Assembly (NCBI GenBank): GCA_951406725.2
Contig: OX597815.1
Location: forward strand, 112,468,001-112,532,000
DNA length: 64,000 bases
Direction of reading: 5' to 3'
Source: Octopus vulgaris
Taxonomy: Eukaryota
The translations under genes and the position numbers were made by a program. Numbering within the stretch: position 1 is the stretch's first letter; each line of letters opens with the position of its first letter. The notes below the pieces were generated by a model. That model worked only from the letters and a program-made list of their open reading frames with translations, was not told where the DNA came from and ran no database searches. Below are positions 53,910 through 64,000 of this stretch, in pieces.

Positions 53910-54549
53910 GCTAATCATAAAGAAACCCTCATCGACTATGTTATACACACGACATATTAAACCGCCTATCTATATAAGCTTTATGGGAATTGAAAATTTA
54001 TTGTGAAATTTACTCTTAATAAAACTAGTATGTATTACCTTTATTATGACAAACGTAAATTAATATATAAAAAAGTTAAAACGACCTCTCTATATGTTAT
54101 AAATTTATTGAATGAAACTGTAGTAAACGAAACTAATTACCACATTTAACAAAGGAAGAACACTTATCTGCATGTTTACTCCTTCTTTAACCTGTGCAAA
54201 TTGCTGCACCTTCTGTCCTGCGCTAAGTATTATGGGAATAAAATACACTACTCTAAAAAAGACTTTAAGAGTAATATCATTTGAGTAGTTGAATTCAAGG
54301 GGGGATAATAATAAGATACTCTTTAGGTATAATTGGATTTTTTCCTAATGTTAAAGATTTAGAGATTAATTTTATGTAGCGTGTCTAATCCTTTTTAAGG
54401 TAATATTCTTTACATTTGTTCTTGGTTTTATGTATATCGGTATCTAATACTATTATATTATTCTATTAAAACTACATTTAACTATCTTCCCCATAATTGT
54501 TTAAGTGATTACATACTGAGGGGGGTATATTTTCATATATTTTTCATTT

Positions 54550-54915
54550 TATTATACGTAAAGCTATTTTTGTGTAGGCATTTGTTTTCCCTCTCATCTG
54601 TACTGTTTAGTAATACTTCTTTCGACTGGAGTATTTTTATAAACTTAATAGTGCATAGCAAGCACATTTTATTACTTATTCGATATGACTTCTCTCTACT
54701 AATGATATTCCAATTCAGGGTCTATTCTATTTTTGCAGATTTCAATTCCCATATATATTTACTTAGACCTGTCGAATTACTTAATTTGGGATTTTTAAAG
54801 GATTGATAATGCAGGGTAATTCTTCTTTTAATTTCATTCGCTGTGGATCCTATATATTCTTTTTACTTATTATTATTAGAGGTTACAGTACATTTATAAA
54901 TTACATAATATAATG
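54550..54915 (-). mobile_element. Penelope-like (Neptune-type) GIY-YIG fragment; its 3' non-coding part likely extends to ~53905
   Basis: VIYKCTV...EYIGST..RITLHYQSF...STGLSKYIWELK...WNII...CLLC...LLN..E..KCLHKN. Confidence 0.8.
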
Positions 54916-54919
54916 TAAT

Positions 54920-55048
54920 TTATATACTGGTAAAATGGGGGTACAAAGTTTTGGAGCGGTAAGTTCATATAGGGTAGATTCAACGAAACCCCTTATTAGG
55001 CTCGCAAGGACAGGGGCTGCTTTTGTTTCCGTCGCAATACCTCATCTT
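54920..55048 (-). mobile_element. Penelope-like RT fragment (motif B region), inverted relative to the adjacent endonuclease piece
   Basis: GIATETKAAPVLASLIRGFVESTLY resembles the PLE pattern GxAMGTxxAPxxAxLxMGxxE. Confidence 0.65.
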
Positions 55049-55069
55049 TGGAGGTAGTATGTTGCGTAG

Positions 55070-55735
55070 AAGAGGATGTAATTGTTTTGTAGGATGAACT
55101 TCAGAACCTTATCTATGTCCTAACCTGCTGAGGTTGTGGCCACAATTATGTGGGCCAAACGGGCCTTAATCTTAGACGCAGAGTTATGCTGCATAAAGAA
55201 CAGATTCGTTTTCGTCAATACAGGCAGACATTTTTGAGCGAACATATCGACAGATGCGCAAGAAATACAACACCGAATTTCCATATTTTTCCATTATACC
55301 AATTCAAAAATTCAATCTCCTTACAAGAACACCTAAACAAGGAAAACCTGTTCATACAAAGTAGAAACAACACCTTAATACACAAACTTGACTACCTGAT
55401 CCTTACACATTCCTATTTCAAGAATTATACTGTTGTCTCTCTTTCTCCACACTCTAGACTCATTCTTGCTTTTCAAGTATCCAAAATGGCAAGACGCCGT
55501 TGTCACTAGAAATGATTATTTCATAATGTCCCTTGAAAAGCTAATTTAAATAGCGAAAACCGGTTGGATATCATGACATCCATAAAATATATATATATAA
55601 ATAAATTCGTTATGAAAATATACTAAGCTATGTGAAAGGAAGGCATTTCTCTTCCACTTTTTATATGTTTTCCACATATATTCAACTCATAATTTTGCCA
55701 CATGGTGTATACTGATTATCCAGTATTGTTGCTCC
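55070..55735 (+). mobile_element. Penelope-like GIY-YIG fragment plus 3' pLTR with a degenerate minimal hammerhead (55528-55569)
   Basis: NLIYVLTC*GCGHNYVGQTGLNLRRRVMLHKEQI..LSEHIDRC; gtcc-cTTGAAAA-gcta(atttaaa)tagc-GAAA-accg-GTT-ggat. Confidence 0.82.
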
Positions 55736-56708
55736 TTTTTGTATTGCTATGTATACATGTGTGTGTGTGTGTGTGCGAATGTATGTATACATATATATAT
55801 ACGTATACATACATACACGATTACATGTAGATATACAAATGAAACTATAACGACTCATTGGTTCCTACATACACAAAAGATATATATCTACGAAAAGAAA
55901 GTAAACGAACATACACATATACACACAATAATTTTCATCGTTCACCTAGGAGTATAAAAATGTCGCGGCATACTTGACTAAGTATATTATCTGTTGTTGC
56001 TTATAGTTGCTTATGGGGTAACAGATGGAGTGACACTGTGAGACGGGAGAGAAGGAGACTATTCTCCTTATGGCTAGATAACCGTTTCAGGAATTGTATT
56101 TTCACTCTTGTTTTTCCTTATCTTGGGATTTATTTTTCCTCTGAGTGTAAAGGTATACGGTGTTTCCATATGTCTCTAAGTTCCATTTATTGAATATTCC
56201 TGTAGTTTTAGTACTTATTTACCCCTTTTCTGGCTCGCTAATACAGCATAAATTGATAACTCGAACTTGGTTAGTTTCCGTCATTTGAACAGATTAAGAA
56301 TTAAATACGATCGATTATCTTTCCTTTTTGTTTTGTCTTTTATTCCCATTTTGAAGGGGAAAAGGTGATAAGGTAGGGGGAGGAAAGTCTCAGGGTTACT
56401 TAAAGTTGAATTTAAAATTGAATCTTTTAAAGTCGTTTTTAAAAGAATCGTTCGTTATCCTTTGCCACCACGAGCCCTCATTACTCAATGCATTCTCAGA
56501 TGTAATCCTTTCATGTAAACAAATATTATTCATCGCTTGTCCATTAAATATATATAATTCACCTAATTACGATTCAATCTTAAATTACAACTCATGCGCG
56601 AAAGTAACATATCCCGCTTGCTTGTACCTCCCATATCTATATCTATATCTATCTACCTATCTAGCATTCAGTCTATTTATCTCTCTCTCTCTCTTTCTTT
56701 CTCTCTCT

Positions 56709-56744
<36 letters not shown>

Positions 56745-56747
<3 letters not shown>

Positions 56748-57054
56748 CGTGACCACCGTGACCGACCAGGCCATCAGATGTTGTTACATATCGCTGGTCA
56801 CAATGCGCTTTGCATTGTTTTAGCCTTCAAATGACGCCACCCCGCTGGCTAAGCGAGCAGGCCAACAGAAGAAAGAGTGAGAAAGTTGTGGCGAAAGAGT
56901 ACAGCAGGGATCGCCACCACCCCCTGCCGGAGCCTCGTGGAGCTTTAGGTGTTTTCAATCAATAAACACTCACAACGCCCGGTCTGGGAGTCGGAACCGC
57001 GATCCTACGACCGGGAGTCCGCTGCCCTAACCACTAGGTCATTGCGCCTCCACA
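56745..57054 (-). mobile_element. Young tRNA-derived SINE (Ceph-like body) in (TA)n
   Basis: Minus strand: ggaggcgcaatgacctagtggttagggcagcggact...ggttccgactccc; tail ends in (ggtcacggt)2. Confidence 0.87.
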
Positions 57055-57056
57055 TA

Positions 57057-57122
<66 letters not shown>

Positions 57123-57126
<4 letters not shown>

Positions 57127-58087
57127 ATATCTTCACACATTCTCCTATGCTAGACCCACCACTATCCGTCAGATTTCTTTCCCTCCTCCTTCGAAATTTA
57201 TCTTCACACAAACCACTTAGCAATATCTATCCTTTGCCATTGCTACCACCCTATACCATCAATTCTCCCTCTGTGTCTTTCACTCGCTATTTGCTCTTAT
57301 ACATTTCTCCCTACTTCAGTATTCTTCAGCTGAACTATCCTACATCCATTCTCCGAATTTCTCTATCAGCTACCTGCCAGCAGCTATAATTAGATGGCTT
57401 TTTCTTCATTTCAATACCCACCCCTCATTTATCTCACCTTACCTAATCCTCTTTCTCAGTAGCCCTTTTTGCCCTGCTATCTTAACCCCACTCCCTACTT
57501 CATTCACCCCTTCTTCGTCTAGTTCTATATCTTCTACCATCACAGTCTAATATCATTTGCTGTCAACACACTCAACAACGCAACCCTTCACAATACTACC
57601 CATCCCATGACTTCTCACTTATCTCTCGACATAAAACTTGTAATTTTAAATTAGCTTCTCCCAATCCCTTGGTAATTCACCCCTCCCTCTCCCTGCTTCT
57701 CTCTTATCCCTTCTTGCCTTTCCTCCTGAACTTCCTTCAATCTCTCCCTATTGACCTTCACCCATTCTACTCTTAAAATTTCTCTAATCATAATCTGAAC
57801 CACTAGTTGCCAAGTTTTTCACTCTGAAGACTGAGGCTGCATTTACTGTGATGTTTATATGCATCTACTACTGGTTGAATATTCTTGACTTTTTTGCATT
57901 TCTTATCTTACATTAGAAATATTACATCATTCCGAGATTCCAGAAACAGCTGTCAGGCTTGAAATACCATGCATTCTCCTCTTAGTTGTTGGACTTTTTG
58001 TACTCCGTGTAAATTTGTTCTGTGATTATGTAAATATTTATGCGTTTATACACGAGTGTTCGTCTTCCGAATATATTCAGCCTCTTC

Positions 58088-58141
<54 letters not shown>

Positions 58142-58301
58142 TCTTCAGAGTGAAAAGATTGGCAACTAGTGGTTCAGAGTAGAATGGGTGAAGGTCAATA
58201 GGGAGAGATTGAAGGTAGTTCAGGAGGAAAGGCAAGAAGGGATAAGAGAGAAGCGGGGAGAGGGAAGGGTGAATTACCAAGGGATTGGGAGAAGCTAATT
58301 T

Positions 58302-58354
<53 letters not shown>

Positions 58355-58375
58355 GAAAAGACTGAAAATATATAG
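57123..58375 (+). mobile_element. Pyrimidine-rich Penelope pLTR-like module with a hammerhead motif and partial inverted copies
   Basis: 57641-57834 is inverted at 58138-58308 (23-bp deletion); 58075-58090 is inverted at ~58351-58366; (TA)n lies at each junction. Confidence 0.7.
57822..57956 (+). ncRNA. Hammerhead-like motif with intact core boxes and a ~110-nt helix II insert
   Basis: ctCTGAAGA...GAAA-cagct-GTC-ag; palindromic acagctgt helix III. Confidence 0.5.
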
Positions 58376-58454
58376 CTATATCTATTTACACGTGTATATG
58401 TAGGCATGTGATTATTTTCATCACTATCTTTCTCACTCAACCTCCCTCTGTTTC

Positions 58455-58461
58455 TATATAA

Positions 58462-58502
<41 letters not shown>

Positions 58503-58750
58503 TGTATGTTTCTATATAAATATATATATATATATATGTATATGTATGTTTCTATATAAATATATATATATATATATATATGTATATGTATGTTTGTACA
58601 TATATACATACACACATAGAAACATACATGCATACACACATACATACATGCATACATACATACATACATACATACATACATACATACATACATACATACA
58701 TACATACAGACATACATACATACATACATACATATATACATACATACATG
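58455..58750. repeat. (TA)n/(CATA)n block with a repeated tatgtatgtttctatataaa unit
   Basis: Direct reading. Confidence 0.9.
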
Positions 58751-60181
58751 TAGAAATTGTTGGAGTGTGAGTGAAGCTGAATCGAATCTTAAGTAATGAT
58801 AAACCACTGCAGGAAAATAATTCCCTGTGTAGCGTTCTGTATCATAATTTGATCGCAAAGTGCGCTGTGAGTATGTGCTACAGTAAGAGCAGAAATTCAG
58901 ACTGATTTCATAGTCTGAGTGGTGAGTATTATCATTATCTGAATTAATTCTTTTCCAAACAAACAGGGCAGTGCGCACAAAGAATTTTCAACAAATGGAT
59001 TAAATTCATTTTCAATCAATATACAAAAGAACAAAAACCAATTTAAGGCACTCATAAAAAAAAATCGGAACATAATCAATTACTTTCAAAATCGAAAAGT
59101 TATTTAAATCAGATTTTGAGAATTCAAATTTATTCAGATTTATCACGTGATCGCAAATGATAATTCATGCATATTCGCTCCTAAATATGTAAATAAAGTT
59201 CAAAATTAACAGCCCTTACATTGATTAGAGGCAACAGGTATATCGACTTCTGTATTAACTTCATCAGAAATAAATTTTGCATTTGCGCTAATATAATTCA
59301 ATGTATGACGTCAACAATTTACATTTATGTATATATATATATATGTATGTGTGTGTGTCCGTGTGTGTGTGTGTGTGCGTGTGTGTGTATGTGTTTGTGT
59401 ATGTATGTGTGTATATGCACATATATATATGTGGGGGCCTATGTCTATGTATGCATGTGTGTATTGGAGATTTACATATGGAAATGAACTAGTTTTTTTG
59501 TATTGTAATTAATCAAAATATTCAGATATGCCTTATTGCATACTAGTTTCATTTCTAATGCTAGACCCTTCGTTAGTCTTCATTTAGATTTTGGTATTAA
59601 ATATTTTAATTGCATTGTGCCTTGCAGCAATGCACAACCATTCGAAATTAATACATACATACATACATACATACATACATACATACATACATACATACAT
59701 ACATAAATACATACATACATACATATACCTACATATACCAGATGCTCTAACTTCAGATTCTATATGCGATAACTTTATGAACAATATCCAGAAAGAGAAA
59801 AGGATAGATAAATAAATAGAGAGAGAGAGAGAGAGAGAGAGAGGTAGGGGAATTTGAACCACTCTCTCTCTCAAAAATAGAAATTTAACTTATTAAACTA
59901 CAATTATTTCAAATTCTGGGATTCTTTTCCTAAACAAGCTCTACAATCCAACATTTTTGACACCAATATCATTGTTTGACCGCCTAGGGCAAACTGTTGT
60001 TTCACATTCCCTTTGAGTAAGTTGGATCAAATTTTATCGAAAATACTTGAGTTAAATAACAAATATCCAGTCACTGAAATAGATCTGGAAAAGGATAATA
60101 CTTCAATTGACAATGCGAGGAATCGACAGATCCATGATTCGTTTGCAGCAATGTATTGCTTTCGTTTCCAGCCTGCATTTC

Positions 60182-60352
<171 letters not shown>

Positions 60353-61479
60353 TGTATTATGCATGTATACATAAAGAGAGAGGTATATGTGTATGTAGAT
60401 CTATAGGAACCGTGATCTTTGTAACAATTTTATTGCATTCCTTGCTAGGTAGAGTTTTAATCCAGCTGTCATTCAGTAGCACGTTTTGTGAATTCAAATT
60501 TATATTTTGGTATAACATGAAAACTATACAACGCTTGTTTCCATTATTTCCACAATATGCAACACTAAAGTTTCTTACTAACATATAGACATCATACACA
60601 CGCACACACACGTGCGCGCGCATAGTTATTATCTATGGATGGAATTTATAAATATTTCAATGCATCGTTAAGTGCACTTCCACAAATCATACATTTCTTA
60701 CGATCATAGTCCGTGTTCCTGATGTGATTATAGCACAGCTGTAGTATCCATGGACGTGGGGGCGGGAATCGTAATTCATGTCTTCATTTCCTCAGACTAT
60801 ATGGCATTAACGTTGGCTGAGGTATGTAAGTAGTTCTGTGTGTTTTGGTGGGAATATTAGAAGGTGTGAAAAGAATTGAGACGGAAAATTAGAGAGAAGT
60901 GTGTGTGCTGATATCAGACCTGTTTTGATATTTGTGTATATAGATATCGGGGTAGTTAGTATCGTTCAATGGTTTGACTTTAGTCACTGCAAGTGTTTCC
61001 TCATTAAATTCAAATGTAGTATGGTTAGAATGTACTGCTGTGTTGTAGACATTGTTGACAAATACAGTTCTCTTAAAGTGTCATTTTAATTGCTTTTGGT
61101 AGTACAATGACATAGCATATAGCATAGGAAAACAATGATAACTTTGTTTAGTTGGTTGTTATGTTCTTTTTTTGTTCTGATGAGATGCTGCTGACAGTTA
61201 GTGTTTTTCGAAATCTAGGTATCATACCTCGCTTTCTTGTTTACATAATCACACGTAGTGATGTAGTAAAATATATATATAAATAAATTCCCTCAATAGA
61301 TTATTATTACTGTAACTATATTTATTATACAATATATCGGAACAGCTCGGTAGAAGACCATAAAACTATATATACAGGTGCGAGTTAGATGGGTTTAGTT
61401 TAGAAATCGTATAGTAGAGTTCAAATGAATTTGAACTGAAACTTCGGGTACTACATCGGAGGCCAAGGCCCACGGCGTC

Positions 61480-63830
61480 ACAAGAGGCTCCATTGGCCAC
61501 TACTGTCTGACTTCTATCTTTCAGAAAGTCGTGTAACTATTTCCAGCTATGCCACGATCACGCAGTTTGTTGCATATCATACTACGATAAACTTTATCAA
61601 AAGCTTGCGCAAAGTGAATATATATTACGTCTACATTTGAGTTGTCGAGAAACTGTCTCAACACCCAGTCATAGAGCTGTAGGAGATTTGTCAGGCAGCT
61701 CCAACCTGGTCAAAAACCATGCTGGGTATCACTCAGCATGGTTTTCTTCAAGGAATGCGATTAGTTTCCCTCTGACTATTCGTTCCATGCTTTTGCTGTT
61801 ATGTGAGGTCGGAGAGATAGGCCTATAATTTATGACATCTGCTCTATTTCTTCCTTTATGGATTGGGCATATTGTTCCCTCCTCTAGTTTACTTGGCAGC
61901 TTACCGATTGCAAGAAGACTTTAGAAGAGAATATGTGGTGTTTTTGCCAGGACGCGTATACATGATTTGAGGAGTAGTAATGGGAAACCATCGAGGCCAT
62001 CTGGTGAGGTTGCAAAGAAATCCACTGGTTGGTTCATTTGTCGTTCATTTCCAGCGGGTGGTAAAGACACATTTGAATGCGTCATTCAGTACCTCACTGA
62101 TCCAGGTTGGGCTATCTGTGAGGGAGCCATCCTTCTGGAAGATGGGTACTACTTTGCAGCGTACTGAGGTTTGTTTCTTTGGCATAATGAAAGAACGCCT
62201 TTGGATTTGAGTTGATGTTTTTTATAACCCAGGCTTCTTTATCTGCTCTCTCCTTCATATAGGGCTGTTGCAGTCTTTTTTCAATCTCCATCAGTGTTAT
62301 CTTCAGCCAAGACCTTTCACTACTCTAGGGATGTTGGTTCAGCCTTCGTCCGTCGTCTCATGAGGATCTTCCTCTCCCCTGGGATCTTGATCCTTTTTTT
62401 AATGGCTCTGTGCCCTGGGACGTGTTTCTGGCATATGGTTTGCATAACAGACATGAAATATTCTAGTTTTATGCCAATGTCTGGGGTGGAGAGATATTTC
62501 GACCAGTCCTGTCTGCGGATCTCTTTTTGGATCAATTGTCAGTCTGCTTTGTGGAAGTTCAGATGGGAGAGATTTTGGGTGCTCCCTTTAGACTGCTTGT
62601 CTCTGGCTACTTTTGATCCATATATAGACAGCCCTATTATATTGTGATCCAAAACTACTCTCGGCGTCACTTTCACATTATGAACGATGTTCATATTGTT
62701 TGTGAAGCAGAGATCCAATATGTTATTGTTATTCGCCTTGCTTGATCGGAGCACAATTTGCTCCATGAATAGGGCATTGATGAAGTTGAGCAGGGACCCC
62801 AGCTGTACTTATTTGGAATGAGTCATTCCTGAAAGCATGAGGCCCTCGGGCCATTTGATAATGTGGAAGTTGAAATCACCCATAAGAAACACACTCACAT
62901 GATGTTAAAGTTTTATGAGTGTTTCTTTTATTCTTGTGAGGCAGTTTTCAAACTTACCTGTGTTGTTTGCAACATCCGGTCGGCGATATGTATTGCGTAT
63001 GACTATATTGTGTTGTCTTATGTATACAACGTGAGAGCTACATACTGAATATGAGAATGACAGTAGGACCTGGGACGTGAGGTCCTCATGGATGTATACA
63101 GCAACTCTGCCATGGCTCCTTTCCATTCTGTCGGTTCACAGTATGGTATATTTTAGTACGTGCACTCCTGCATCCTTTATATCAGGCATAGGATGAGTTT
63201 CTATGGGTACTAATCATAGGACTTGATTGCATACAGCAAGGTCACCCAGGAACAAAGATTTTGCATTAGTTGTTGTAATGCGACAATCCTCCAATATTTA
63301 GTAAAAAATATTGGCGTGACGACTGTATTGGCGTCAGAGGAGGCCAACTTGTGTCTGTTGATTGTGGGGACTTGCGCAGTGGGGAGCAAATTCCGTGTTT
63401 GCGCTTGATGTAACCAGGTCAGATGCGCCATGCCAAAAATAGACACTTGCTTAGTTGCTGCCTTTTACATACATCTTAAGAGCGCATTGCATTTGCATAC
63501 TTCCTCTTTGGAGACGCTTGATGCCACGCGTCTGGAAAGTACTTCTCTTTAAGTCCCTACAGTTTTGGTGGGGGTCTCGGGTGAGCAAACTGACAGTTTG
63601 TACCGTGTCTCCCCATACCAGCATTTGAATTGTAGGTAAACGTTGCACGTCTTCGTTTTCACTTCAAATGTTTTTCTCTCCTCTAGAGTTAGGTATTCCA
63701 GTGGAGCCTCCATATTTGAGTTGTTTTTTGTGTTTTTTTTATTTAGAGGCTTTGGGTTTCGGTTTTAGTTTTGTTGTTTCATCTGTTCCATTTCCTTTTC
63801 CTTCCTATCCTTTTTCTTTTTAATGTTTTA
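61480..63830 (-). mobile_element. CR1/L2/Jockey-group LINE remnant (Cys/His ORF1 trace, APE, N-half of RT), 3'-truncated
   Basis: GRVAVYI, GDFNF, NILDLCFTN, LDHNII; YRPISPTSH..MERIV, VDVIYIHFAQAFDKV and LHDFLKDRSQTVVANGAS. Confidence 0.87.
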
Positions 63831-63865
63831 GCTTGTATATACTTTTTCGTCTTCGCTTATACATA

Positions 63866-64000
63866 CTAGCAGAAGTACCCAGCGTTGTCCGGGTTAAAGC
63901 TAATAAGAAGATATCATCTAAAACTTTGATATAAGAGTTTTTTCCTTAATAATTATTGTGAAAATTGGTTCTAACATTACTGGCGTCACAAATTCTGTGA
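63866..64000 (-). mobile_element. Helitron 3' terminus (element extends beyond the window)
   Basis: Minus strand: acccggacaacgctgggt imperfect hairpin, 7 nt, then CTAG|T. Confidence 0.65.

Noticed and set aside
55050-55071. let-7-like sequence ggaggtagtatgttgcgtag
   Set aside because: 16/20 match only, on the 3' arm of a short hairpin, and located at a Penelope inversion junction; no pre-miRNA-length stem.
61470-61510. Plus-strand GVTRGS.. as an inverted RT motif B
   Set aside because: The minus strand reads LHDFLKDRSQTVVANGAS, the in-register continuation of the LINE RT.

Overview
Eukaryotic, AT-rich, microsatellite-saturated genomic DNA. The SINE families and repeat landscape look cephalopod (octopus-like); this assignment is inference. 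There is no intact protein-coding gene, rRNA, true tRNA or CRISPR array, and most of the ORF track is translated microsatellite. The window is intronic/intergenic and filled with decayed mobile elements: a three-deep stack of R4/Dong-type (restriction-like endonuclease, RLE) LINEs at 180-7015, more RLE-LINE 3' ends, RTE, Tx1/L1 and CR1-group LINE remnants, Penelope-like (GIY-YIG) remnants of two types, a near full-length mariner with perfect 33-bp TIRs, mariner and hAT MITEs, Helitron remnants and at least four tRNA-derived SINE families. The most interesting signals are: (i) about seven hammerhead-ribozyme-like motifs, several with unusually long AT-rich helix II inserts, in Penelope-type modules sitting in (TA)n tracts; (ii) apparent partitioning of microsatellite types among element families; (iii) repeated local inverted or templated duplications, including a near-perfect ~370-bp inverted repeat and a microhomology-joined mosaic. 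Coordinates were read by eye; ends of decayed elements are approximate.
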